Assembly (NCBI GenBank): GCA_013239625.1
Contig: MU056379.1
Span: forward strand, 3,246,895 to 3,310,894
Source of the DNA: Lama guanicoe
Lineage: Eukaryota
Length of the DNA: 64,000 nucleotides
Direction: 5' to 3'
Shown: one piece after another, positions 37,351 to 50,100 of the stretch
Layout of the letters: each line of letters starts with the position of its first letter
Numbering within the stretch: position 1 is the stretch's first letter
Translations under genes and position numbers: made by a program
The notes under the pieces: generated by a model
What the model saw: the letters and a program-made list of their open reading frames with translations, nothing else
Told to the model about the DNA's origin: nothing
The model's database searches: none

Positions 37351-39279
37351 GTTTTGTTCCTGCTGTCAGGATCTTTTCCATAGAAAAATGGTTACATCAT
37401 GATCTGCATACACTGGCACCAGGAAAGATGTAATAGGTCATGTCCCTTTTCCTGATAAGGAGAAATTAGCTCCACCTTGCCCTTGGCATGGATGGAATCT
37501 GGTGTATCTGTCAGCAGAATCATACACAAGATAAAGTTTGGCGCCTGGGGAATGTTTCCACTCTGATAGAGTTGATAGTGATTTCTTGAGCATCTACTGA
37601 AGGTTGGGGTCAGTGAGGGCCATGAAGATGAATTGGACATACCAGAGCCTACAAGGTATAAATTCTGGTGTTCACAATCTGTTGAGAAGATAAAAGATGG
37701 ACATAGAGTTCTACACTGTAATTTCAAGAGGTAGGTGCTACCAGGGGTCAAAGGAGAGAGAGTAACTCAAACCAGGGAGATCAGGGGAGACTTAAGTAGC
37801 AATGGCCTTTCACCTGGGCCATCCAGGTGATTGTAGAGGAAACAGCAGCAATGGGGGATGTGGCTGGGAAAGCGAGTTGCCATGGTCTGGCATGACTGTA
37901 GTGTGCAGGAAATGTAAGAGATGAAAGGTTGAAAAGTGAGCATGGGCGGTCACTAAAGTATTCTGAGCAAGAGTGTGTGCCAGGAAGAGCCGGCTGGGAG
38001 CAGGTGCCAGGGGGCCTGGGGAACAGGAGAGAGGAGACCAGCTGGCAACTAGGGCACGTGCCAGGTTGGAGGGCTTGAACCTGGGCAGTGGCTGCCCTGG
38101 GTTGGGGAGGGGCGGGAGGGGGAGAGGCCAACCCGATTGACCATGGAGAGGGGTGGAGGCCATGAGGTTTGTCACTTTGGTCAGTAAGAGGTGGGGCGTC
38201 GAAATCCCAGCCTCAGATGCGGCTCCCACACTTGACCTTCAGTCGTTTTGACTCCAGTGGGTTCCAGGCTGGAGTGTGAGCAGGAGGTTGTCACAATCCC
38301 CTGAAGGGGGCTGTTCTAATCCCTGAGGACCGACCAAGGGGGTTCCAGTATCCTTAGCGCTTATTTCCAGGTGTTTGATCATCTTCTCAGCAAATTACCC
38401 CTAGAAATTTTGCCTGCCTGAGTTCAGCCCAGGAGGTTACTATTCTGGGAATTTTCATCAAAATCCTCTTGCTTTTTGAAAGTTCTCTGAGCTGGGGATG
38501 GCCGGGGCTGGGGCAGGTGGGCCATAACGTGAGGCAGGACACTGCCTCTAATTCATCCCGAAGAGGCCCCTTATCGTTACCTCTCCCGGAGCCATTTAAT
38601 TAATTTATGATTGATGTTCCTGGACTTAGTTGAGGTTAATTTATTATTGATGTCCCTTCATTATATACATCCACCCTGCACCTCCCAGCACATGGCTGCT
38701 TCCGCTGCCAGCTGCACGGTGGGGTGAGCTCTGTGGGGCTGCTGGCCCCACCCCTACCCCAGGGACTGAGCCCTGCACTTGGCTTATGCCAAAGCCCTGC
38801 AGATTTGAGGGTCAGGAAGCCTCAGGGCCTCTGTCTCAGGCATCTTTGCTCAGCCACAAAGTAACAGTAATAATAACAATAGTTTCTATTCTGTAAAGCA
38901 GGGAACTAAACCTGGCACAACATATGGTATAGAGAGGATCTCATTTATTTCTTGTGATAGGTACTCCCTCCACTCCCCCATCTACCCGAGTCTTACAGGA
39001 GATGCAGAGAGGGTGAGTTACCTACCCAAGGACACACAGCAAGTAGGTGGGGGGCCAGGGTTTGAAGCCAAGACCCTACTCTCCTCTCTGAGCCTTGCTT
39101 CTCCTTCAGGCCCACACGGCCCCCTCCCCCGTGACGCCTTTCTTCCTGCCCCACTGCACCCCGGGACTGTCCTGTCTGTCATGATCAGGTGGCCAAGTGC
39201 TGGTGCCCCTCTGAGCGCATGTTGTTAAATGTTCGTGGCTTGTTCCCCTTGCTAATCCATGTCCTCATTGAAGACTAAC

Positions 39280-39450
39280 AATGACGGCAAAGAGCGCTTA
39301 CCGAGCACACACGCCAGGCGCCATGCTAAGCACTTTTCATGCGTTAGCTCGTTTAATCCCCATAACCACCCGCGAGGCAGGTGGTATTAACCTGTTTTAT
39401 AGGTGAGGTTAAACGTGCTCTAGGCACTCAGCTGATAGATGGCAGGCCTC
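39280..39450 (-). mobile_element. MIR
   Basis: gccaggcgccatgctaagcactttt...tttaatccccataaccacc. Confidence 0.7.
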
Positions 39451-40929
39451 CTGGGCTTCAGCAGCCTTGAGATACAGAGTGATGGTCTCATTCTCCCTGT
39501 AATTCTCTTCTCTCTCCAGCTCCTCTGACCTGTTTATCAAATATCTGTATATTTATCCAACAGCCTCAAACCTTTTGCCTGTCTGGCCTGAAGTCAAGCC
39601 TTCTGTGTCAAGCCTCCTCCTTTGCCATGGGGACCAGGAGTCCCCACTCCTGGGATTCTGGTTTGGTTGATTTTAGGGAGACAGCAAGGCAGGTGAAGGG
39701 TGTCGGGCCTGGATTCTGCCCCTGGCTCTGCTGGGAAACTTCAGATGAATCAGTCAGTCTTTCTGAGCATCAGTTGCCCCATTTGTATAATAGCAACAAT
39801 GATATTTGCTCTCTCTCCTGCATTGGCTGTTCCTGTGCTCAGAGGCGATGCTGGATGGGAAAGCGACTAGGCTGATGATGGGTTAGAATTGCTTGTGTGT
39901 GAGAGTCAAAGATTTAGGAGCTGGCATGAAGGCCAGGAATGCTTAAGGCCAGGCCAGGGCCTCTGCCCCCACCCTCTAAGCTGCCCAGTTGGGCTAGTGA
40001 ATTCTATGGTTTGTCAGGTGGTAAGGCCTTGCTCAAGGACTCTGATCAGCCAGCCACTGGACAGGAGGTCCTTAGAGGGGGGACAGGCCCCAGTCTAGTG
40101 TCCCTTGAAGGCCACCCCTGCTGCTCTGGGGCCTTGGATTGTGTAGAAGCACAGGGGGCCCGCCTGGGGTTCTGGGCCTCCCCCACCCCTCTTGTCTCCC
40201 ACATGCTTGGGCAGCCTGACTAGGTGGATTCAGGCAAGGTTTGGTGAGGAAGGGGGAGGGTTCACCACACAGCCGCCAGAACCTCTCTTCACCCCTCAAA
40301 CTATGCGGAAAGCCTAGTGAAGAGGTGAGCCCTGCGTCTGTCTGTTCCGGAAAGCGGTGAGACTGTCAGCCTCTCGATGGCAGGCTTCCCAGGGCGTTGG
40401 CTAGAAACCCTCTGCTTTCTCATCGGCTTTACTTGAGCACGGTTTCTGCGCCGGGCTGGGCCTGGGGAGCCCAGTGTGTGCTTCCCGGGTTCCCCCTACC
40501 CCGGGCCCCGAAAGGGAGTGCAGAGGCCTCAGACTGTGGGTAGAGGTGAGGCCTGCCTGGTATGGCTGTTGGAAATCTGTGGCCGGGTTGCAGTGAGGTG
40601 ACGGCTTGTTTCACTTCCCAAGTTTCCGCCCTCCGCTGGCGGGGATTACATCAGGCTCCCACTTCATCCAAGCTCCGGCGCTGCCCCAGGACTGCCGCCC
40701 CGCTGCAGTGTCAGGCTGGCTGCAGCGCCTCCGCACAGCCCTGGGCCCAGCAGCTGAGGGGACTGTCCTGGCCCCTGCAGTCTCACCAGATGTGCTGCCT
40801 CCAGCTTGGCTCTGCCTGCTCGCCTGCTCAGGACTGCCTCGGCTCCGAGACCATGCTGCCTGTTCATTCCTCCAATCACCCACTTCTGATTCTCTTTAAA
40901 TTCAGCCTAACATAGGCCTGTGAACGTGG

Positions 40930-41130
40930 GCTTTAGCATAAAGACGGAGCTTCGTTTGAGTCCACTTCTACTTGGGCATGTCACTTAACCTCTCTGAGCC
41001 TCAATTTCCTCATCTCTAAAATAAAGGACCTAGTAGAAAAAGGCACACTGGGCAACTGTTGGGAGCTAATGAGATGCCACCTTGGAAGTTCCACCCAGTG
41101 CCAAGAGCATTGGAGGTAATAAATGTTACC
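40930..41130 (+). mobile_element. MIR
   Basis: tcacttaacctctctgagcctcaatttcctcatctctaaaat. Confidence 0.75.
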
Positions 41131-44029
41131 TGTTGTTATCACCAGTGTCTGTTCCCTCTGCTCTTCTATCCACCCAGACGGTGCTAAATTGAGAGGACCC
41201 TCCCTTTCCTGAGGATGCATTCCTGCAGCCAGGCAACCCTGGCACCACCTGGCCCTTCTAGGCTGCTTCTCAGAGCTGGCAGTGTCCCACCGTCCCTCTG
41301 GCATCCGACCCTGTTCCCGCCCCAGCTCTCTCCAAGGTGGCCTGTCCCCCTTTCTTTCCTCTCCTAGTTGGTTTCCTTCCCTTTGGCACCTCTTCCATGT
41401 GGCTGCCCTTTGTTTGTTCTACCTTTTCCTCCCCTGAGACCTTTAGGGGAAGCCAGTGTCTTTTCTCAGAGACTCTCTGACTGCCTGTGCCAAGCAGTGG
41501 CCCCTCAGGCCCTCCCATTCCCCTGGGCTGTAGGAATGATGGCCGGTGGGTCAGACTGTGCCTCTCAAGCATGGGGGTCATGACTTGGCCTCACAGCTAA
41601 GAACACTGGCCACCTTGACAAGTCCAAAATCCCACCCGGTCCTCTCCAGTGTGGGAGCCTGTCAGCTGGGGCAGCCTCTCTTGGAGACTCGACAAGGAGG
41701 CCAGCTTGCGGGGCCACAGAGCCCCACCTGAGGCTGGAGGTTCCTGTCACAGCAAACCCTCCTTGGTCTTAGGGACGTGTAGAAGGAAAAGGCCAGAGTC
41801 AGCCCCAGTATCCAGAAAAACTGGCCGCATCTGGAGTCTCTTTCCTCCTGGGAAGACAAGGAATTTTTCTCAAGAGGTGATTTCAGCTTCATACCTTTGA
41901 AAGAACTTGGTCTTCCGCCGACCCTGTTCCTGGGACTGGGGCCAGACTGCAGAGCACAGAATAGTTCTGCCACTTGTAACCTCCTGTCCACCCATTCTCA
42001 GGGATACTTGTCAACAGCCACTGCATGCTAAGTTCTGTGTCCGGAGCTTGGAATTGGAAGAGGAAAGTCACCACCTCTTCCTCAGGGTGTCCTCAGGTTT
42101 GGGACTGACACCTAAACAGACAAACAGAATAACAGCAACAATAGCAAAGCCTTCCTGGCGAGTCCTCTCTGCCAGGCACCATCCTGAGGGCTGTGTGTGT
42201 GTAACAACTTAATGCAAAAAATAGTGATGGTTCTTGGGCAGTGGGTGCCAGTGCCCTGGGAGGGAGGCACATGTGTTTGACAGCTGAGGGACAAGTGAAG
42301 GATCTCAGTTTCCTTGGAGAATTGAAGGAACCTCCAGTATCTGCAGCTTGAGGCCATGTATCTGCAGCTGGCCAGCTGAGACCCCCATTAGTCTGGCTCC
42401 TGCTCTCGGGGTGTTCCTTCTTGCTCCACTACTTTGTGTTGAGTTCCGGGACCCCATGAGCCACAGGAGGGATTCGTTCCTACAGAAGGAAGGCCCCCAT
42501 TGGCCCCCCTGGTGCTGAGAGGACCAGCCTCCCCCGCCCGGGAGTCTGGGTCATTCCCTACGTGTGGGCCTGTCCGTGGCTCAGATCCGGCACCTCGCTG
42601 GCCTTGGCAGGCAATGCAGGAATCCTCCTCTCGCATCGCACGCCCCCTGCCAGCAGTGTTGAGCGGCTGCAGATTGTTCTCCTTGCTGCCTGCCTGCTCT
42701 ACCGTACAGTTTAATAAATGGCTAATGGGCAGTCCCTGTTCCCCGGAGCCGCCTTCTTCATTTCTCAACCCCTTTAGAGAGCCTGACCCCCCTCCTCGCC
42801 CCAGGTGAACCCCATTCAGCAGGCTTCCGGCAGTGGTAACTAAGCCGGGAGCCCAGCCCACCACCTGCTCAGTACTTTATAAAAGTTTAACCTTAATGGT
42901 GTAATGAACTCCCATCACAAAGCAGCTGGAACAGTGCATCCTGGGATGTATAAATTATAGGAGCCCTCTGAAGTTGTAATTGGAAATGGCAGCAACTGGA
43001 AGGTTGAAAGGGGCCAGCCTCATTGGGCTGAGCACAGCTATTCTCTACTTCCTTTCAAAAGGCACACAGAACTGAGTCTGGCTGCGAAGAAAGGACGTCC
43101 TCAGACCAAACTGAGCTCCTGGTTCCTCCGCCCCAGTTCCCACTTCCTGCCCCCGACTGTGTCTGCAGAGCCTGTGGGCTTTGGAGGCGGGACTCCCACC
43201 CAGGCCTGTGCCGCAGCCGGAGTGGGCCCCGAGGGAAGGGACCCCAGTGTGGATGTGGCAGACAGGGTAGGCTCAGGTCCGTTTCCTGGAGAGCCCCCAG
43301 AGCAGTTGGTCAGCCTTCCCCTGGTCTCTGAGGTCTTGTCTGTAAAGTGCAGAATTGGAGGCCACCTCTCACAGAGAGTTTGGGGATGGAATGGGAAACT
43401 GCAGGGAGTCTTATGATCTGGGTTAGGAGCTCACGCTCTGGAGCTAGACCATCTGGCTTTCTGTCCCAGCTCCTGCTAGTGGCCCTTGTGAGACCTTAAA
43501 CGAGTCCTTTAACCTTGCAGCTGCAGAATCTCAGCTGTAAAATCAGGGGAATAATCGACCTGCCTCTGAGGATTGTTAGGAGGATGACGGGGTTAAGGAC
43601 TCAGCAAAGTGCTGCTTTAATGGGCACGCAGATCCGCTGGGGAGCTTGCCAGTGCAGATCCCTGGTGAGGCTGGATGGGGCCCAGACCTGGTCCTCGGGA
43701 CGTGGTTCATGGACCACACCTTGAGCGGCCAGGGCATGGTGTTCAACCCATAGGAAATGCTTCCTAAGTGCCAGCTGTGATTGCCCCTCCAGGCACAGTG
43801 TCCATTGCCTGCACCTGCCCAGCACCTGCACATGGTTCCCACATGGGTTTAGTTGAACACGCCCGAGTGTGGCCCATGAGTTGGCAGCAGCACCTGAAAA
43901 CAGGTTAGAAAAGCAGAATCTCACTGCGCCCCACTGCCCGTACCAGCTCAGATGCGCTGCCTCTGCTCGCCTCTGGAGCAGGGCTTCTCTGGGTACAGGG
44001 AGGTTAACCCCGGCATCAGAGTCTCGTGG

Positions 44030-44165
44030 GGTCAGCCATGGTGGGGCTTGCTCAACTCCAGGTTCCTGGGCCCTACCTCAGACCAACTACACAGAATTTC
44101 TGGATGGGGCCAGGGAATCTGCATTTACACATCTCGCTGCTCATTCAAGTTTGAGAGTCAGTGGA
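44030..44165. mobile_element. MER5-like MITE
   Basis: ttcctgggccctacctcagacc...ggccagggaatctgcatttac...aagtttgagagtcagtgg. Confidence 0.7.
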
Positions 44166-47100
44166 AGTCACCCACTGTCTGAGAGCTGTGGAGCAGGGCA
44201 GGACCCCCCCCATGCCTCCCTCCCTTCTCACCTTTGCTTCTGCTGGGGGAGAATAAGCCCTAGCTGGGAGACAGGAGCTGGGGGCTCCAGCACCTCCTGC
44301 CTGGGGCCCGGGAGCTGCTCTGCCTTGGGCCCAGCGGTGGGGCTTTTCTCACAGCGAGAAGAGGGAAATGGCCTAATGGCCGCTGGTAGGGAATGGGTTG
44401 TATAAATTCACATACCCCTTGCATGGATTGCTGTACAATGATGAGGGAAGATTGGGCTGGAAAAATGCTTAATGAAGAGAAATGTTCGCCTTCACTAGCT
44501 CAGTGGAAACAAGTAGGTACAGACTGATCTCATATTTGGACGGGGAAAAGAGACTAGACAGATGTTGATAGGTAATACTTTTCCTAGATGGATCATGGGT
44601 GATTGCTATTTTCTTTTTTTTCTTTCCCTTCCTCTCTCTCTTTTTTTGTTTCTGTTTTCTGTAGAGAACATGTATATTGTGATAAGAAGGAAAAAGTAGG
44701 CACAGCTAAACATGTCTGGTCCAGGGTCCTCCATCACAGGTCCCAGGACAGTGTTCCTGTTGCTCAACCTTCACCTTGGTGTCCCTCACCCCCAGGCTGT
44801 GCCTGGTGTTCCCCAGTCCTCTCCCACTTTTTCCTTTCCTCTCTGCTTTTGAGTCTTCCCTAGTGATGGCAGGGCACCTGTTCCACTTTGTATGAGAGGA
44901 AAGAGTGGGGAGGGAAGAGCCAAGGGATGGGAGGTGACCCTGGCTTGCAAGTCTCTGGGGCTGAGTTCAGTTTTCATCAGGGCATCACCTAGGAGCCTAA
45001 GCCTACATTCCAGAGTCTAGGCACATAGGATGGCTCTGGAAGTAATGGGTGAATGAATGGGGCTTGAAATGCAGCCAGTGACATAGCAAGGACCCATAGC
45101 TGTGTGACCTCAGGCACATCAGTGTACCTCTCTGGGCTTAGAGTCTTCATCTCTAAGATTCATGGAGTCAGCAAATCTTGTACTCTTGATTTCCTCAGGC
45201 CCCTCCAGCTCTCAGCTCTGGTGAATCTCATACCTTCCCACTCCTGCTCCTTTGCCTGGTTTTCTAAGCAGTTTGTACTGTCCAGGAAGACCCCACCTGT
45301 CTACTGCAGCTGCCCAGTGAGATGGTTTGCAGAAGCAGCTGTTCAGGGCAGGGCACTCGAGGCAAGGGCAAAGGGAGGAGCAGGAGGAAGGGAGACCCAT
45401 GATGCTGGGAAACGAGAGTAAGCCAGCCACCAATAGCAGAGTACTTAAGGGCACCTGAGCATTTCTGAATCTGATATTGGCCTCCCAGGAACCCTTCATA
45501 GCTTTTGTCCTGCCTGTGATCAGGTGTCACTTTTCATCATCTTCTGGCCAGAGCTGCCTTTATCCCAGTACCTCTTGCCTGGCTTTGTGGCTGAGACCCT
45601 GTTTCCATCAGGCCCCAGCAGCCGGAGTCTCTAGCCCTCCGACCTGCTGTTTTCCAGTGAGTGGCTCAATGGGGCGAGGGAATGGAAATCCATTCAAGCC
45701 ATTTGTTTTAAAGACATTTCAGTAAACTCGTGGGATTTGTGGTCACATCTTTTCGGTTTTCTTTTAAATAAATGGTTGGGTTTCTGGGTCTCCCCTACTA
45801 CCAACTTCCCTGTCTGGCAGCAACCCAGAGGCAGGAATTGGGTGCTAATGGTGGTGCTCCAGGAGGAGGAGGCAGGCCTCTGTGCTGGCTGGGGCTTAGC
45901 TCCTGCACAAGGTGCATTTGCCCAGGGGTTCTGGGAGGGTGTGTGCAGAGGGTAGCGGGGACAAGAATGAGTGAGCCTTGCTTCTCCCCTCACCTTTCTC
46001 CCAGGTGGTGAACTCCTGCTCAGCCGTCAGCACCGGCTACAAAGCCTTCTCTGTCTGCCTTGGGCTAAGCAGCAGTCCTTGCTGTGGGGTTTCTGGCATC
46101 ATAGCCCTGTACTCACTGACCTGCCTGTGGTTTTCCTCATCATTCTGCACTGCGAGCTCCTTGAGGTTGGGGCTTGTCCTTTTCATGTTCACAGCCCCAG
46201 AAGCTCCTTCTTAAGACGCCGCTGAGTGCATCTGAAGCCTCAGCTGGCAGGTCTGCTTTCCCACCCTGGTCATGGAGCCCACCTGAGGCAGTGAGAGGGG
46301 CATGCTCAGAACATCGCCCTCCCCTCACCTATGCGGAAAGTAGCCCTGCCTGGGCAGGTGTCAGGCTGGAAGGGAATGGGTGACACTCAACAGGGAAGCA
46401 CCAGCCAGGCAGGACTTGCCCACCGTCCGCTGGGCCCCTTGCACCCTTAGGCAGCCAGCAGCAAAGAAGTGTCTGCTAACGCCAACTGCCAACCGGTCTG
46501 GCGGGTTTGTGTGGACCTGGCCGGGTTTCTCTCAAGGGATAGGATGTCCTGCTGGGAGCAGGCTTTGTGCCTGTCCTTTCTGTCCTTACCCTTTCAGGTG
46601 TCCAGGCTGCTCCCCTCCCGGCCTTGCTTTCCTCTCTGCCCCACCTCGCTCCCCTCAGGCAGAGCCTTGACCCTGCCCTTCCTGGGGTCCAGGACAGGAC
46701 AGGGCCCCACAGGAACGAGGAAGGGTGTTCCTGCCCCACCTGATGAGGCCCTGGAGGTACTGAGACCCTGGAAAGCAGGATACCCAGTGGCTGGGGTGGC
46801 AGGCCCCAGGCAGTTGCTGGCTGTCGCCATGATGACCAAGCTCCCACCTTCTCCTCAGCTGGTGCTTCGAGGATAAGGAACTGGAGCCCCAAAGAGGCCA
46901 CAGAGCAAGGCCCAGGACCAGAGCCCTCACTCATAGGGCTTTTCCAAGCCAGGACTTCTCCTGGACCCCCAGCCAGGCTCCCCTCTCAGGGAGCAGGAAA
47001 TGGGGGTGGGGGATCCCGGGTGTTCCTCCCACCCTCTGCTGGGAGGGGCTGGGCCCCCTCGCTCTGTAGGTGTCAGCGGAACTGTCACCCAGCGGCGGGC

Positions 47101-50100
47101 GCTGGTGCTGGGATTTCCCTCGCTGACTCACCCCGGCCTGGCTGTGCCTCAGCCCAGGCAGGAGTTGTTTGTGAAGGTGTCTGCATAGTGACAGCGACCC
47201 ACACGGAGGGAGTCCTGGGAACTGAGGAGCTGGGAGCAGGGACAGATCCCTCTACAGAGCCCTGGGGCCTCCCTCCTGCCCCAGTGCCCCCCAACCCTGC
47301 TGCCTACCCCCCACATCTCCATCCAGCCCAGCACCCCCACTTCCCAACACAGGAGGAGCTGCGAGGCCTCCAAGTTCTTGCGAACAGTCCTGGCTGCTCC
47401 CTGCCTCCCTAAAAGATTCCCCCAAGGGTGATGAAATGCCTTCCCTGCATTGGACAGAGAAGCCATTGATTCCCTTGGTCCCCAGGCATTTCATAGACAG
47501 GGCAGCCGGGTGGGGGGGCTGTTAGAGGCAGGAAGTGGGGCCAGCACAGTGACCCTGCCAGGGGCCAAGGACCCCTGGAGAAAGGGTGAAACTGCAGGCT
47601 CCCCTCTAGAAGAATTCACACAGGCCTGTGTGCAATTTCCGGGCCCACAGATGCCCTGGAGCACATCTTCAGGCCCTCCCAGCCGCCAGCTGCCTGTGCC
47701 ACCCTTGGGGAGAGCGGCAGTGGGGTGGAGGTGTCGCAATTACCGTGTGTGGGGGACTGGGGGAGGACTGAGCAGACAGAACTGTGGAGAGCAGGCCTGT
47801 GGGGGCGGCAGCAGCAGGGCCGCGTGGGGCGAGCTGGGTTGGAAGGGGGATGGGATGCACAGTTCTGGGTGATTGCCCCAGAAATCCTGCCTTCTGTTTG
47901 CTGAAGGGACGGAGAATCACCCCCCGACCTCTCCAGACTGCAGTAGCAGGGACTGGCAGCCCCCCAACCCTGGGGGCCAAGCTGCCAAGGCTGAAGTTCA
48001 CAGGGGACATTCGGGACCTTGGTATAGTTCAGTCTAGGTGGGCAGACTTCTCAGCCCCCTACGCACCCTCCTGGTCTGGTGAGAGAAGCGACAGTTTCTG
48101 CTGACTGGGTGCCACGTGGCAGCTCCAGTGTCTCTAATGAACAGGCTGCCTAGCCCCCTACAAGCATGTCCAGCCTTGTTGGCCACGTTAATCCCCCTGT
48201 GAGCAGGCTCAGGGCAAGGCAGTCCCTGGAAGGTATGTGGCCTGTGGGTCCTGCCTCCTGAGCCATGGGGCTGGGGGCACAGCCAAGAGGGCAGGCTCTC
48301 CCTGCGCAGCTTCCGGCTCAGCCCACTGCTGCGATCAGGGGCACGGAGGCTGACTGGCAGCGGCCTGAGCAGGCGGTGTGAACGGGCAGGGCACAAGGGA
48401 GGCCTGACCTGAAGTGTGATGGGCCGTCAAGGCAGAGCCAGCACCCCTGAGCCCTCCAAGGGCAGCTCTCCTTAAAGATCAGAAGGCAGCCCCGCATGGG
48501 AGCCTGCTGAGGCCCCAGAAGCTGGGCTGCGGGCCGTATTTTGCTACTAACCTCGTTGTGGCCTGGGGCATTCTTAGCCCTCACTTTCCTCCCTGAAATG
48601 GGTGTGTGTGACTCAGTGGCGCTGAAAGTCCCTTCCCATCTGGTTGTTCTGTTTTTCACTAAGCCCCCAGCTTAGAGGATAAGGGAGGGCCCCAGCACCG
48701 TCTCCTGATGGGCCTCAGTGGCCAGGAGACCCTGCACTGAGGAGCGGGGTGTAGGTCTCCTCTTGGACTCTCTGTGTCTCCTCCCTCCTCCCCGGGGTGG
48801 TGGGGTGAAGTGAGATGATGGCTGCAAGCTCCTAGCACAGGCCTTCTGGCAGGTAGCTGGGTTTTCACGTACTGTTTCCCTTATTGTCATTATGTTTGAG
48901 TTGTTATTGTTATTGTGGAGTTGGCTCCGCAGAGCCTGCGGGGGTGCTCCCTGGAAGAGGCGATGTGGCCCATGTCCTGGGCTGGCATCCGGGCCCCCAG
49001 TCTGACCGAGAAGTGGGAGGTCAGATGGGGGCAGCTAGAGGGTCCAGGCGGGTGGGAGGGGGCCTGTCACCTCTCGGGCTTGGCAGAGCTGCCAGCTCCC
49101 ATCTGCAGAGGGGCGGCCCGCCCTCCTGAGTTGGCTGGGAGACCTTGGAGCCGAGGAGTGCGTGTTCTCCAAACATCTTGTTCATGGCAGATGGCAGCCA
49201 CAACTCCCTTTCTCCCTGCAGTTCCGGTTGCACTTCCCTTCCCTGTGCTCACCCTCCTGGTAACTTTGGTTTCTGCTTTTGGAGATGGGGAGGCAGCCTA
49301 CAGCCCCCAAGCCGCCTCTGACTGTGGTGAAGCTCAGTGCTCAGAGCGTGGACAGTGTCCAAGGGAGAAGATACCACCAGCCCCCATCCGCTTTGTAAGG
49401 GAAGCTGTCTAAGTCTCTTTGGCCAATCAGGCCAACAGCGTGATCTCAGAGGAACCAGGGCCTGGGCCTGGTTTGACATTTTTGGAGCAGCTGCTAGGCA
49501 CCGGGGTGGCACTGTCTGGGTGCCAAGGACACAGGCAGAAGGTTCAGTCCTGCCCTCTAGGAGCTCCTAGTCTAGTGGGGAACCAGGGCACCTGGCTGGG
49601 GTGGATGGAAGGGCGCTGCTCAGGTCAGCCTTGGAGTTGACAGGCTTCTACGGGTTTCACAGAGGAGGTGGTGTTCAGGCTAAGTCCTGGCAGGCTGAGG
49701 AATTCCCAGGAGAACAGGACTAGAAAAGACAACTTGTGCAGTGAGAACAGGCTGTGCAAAGGCACAGGGGCAGGAAGAGCTCTGACTCTGCAGAGCACTC
49801 AACCGTGGCAAGTAGTAGAGCAGATAAAGGCCAGGCTGCCTCATCAGCATGTGCTGTGCAACCCCAGGGTGTGGTCTGCGAGGAGAAGTAGACAGTGCCC
49901 CTCTGGCCGCTTGTGGGGCGGGGCCAGCCTGGAACAGAAGCCCTGTGTAGGGGCCAGGGGGCCCTAGGCAGCTGGAGGGGGTTCTGGAATCTGGCTTATG
50001 GCTGCCCTGGGCTTGGGGCCAGCAGGAAGGAGCATCCCCTGCTGGTGGAGCCACAGGTCAGAAGTCTCCACAGGGGGCCTAGGCTAGGGGAACGCTGACG

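Noticed and set aside
38255-38272. 18-bp match (cagtgggttccaggctgg) to the inverted-repeat arm at 17373-17390
   Set aside because: It does not extend on either side; a single 18-mer match is plausible by chance in 64 kb of compositionally biased DNA.
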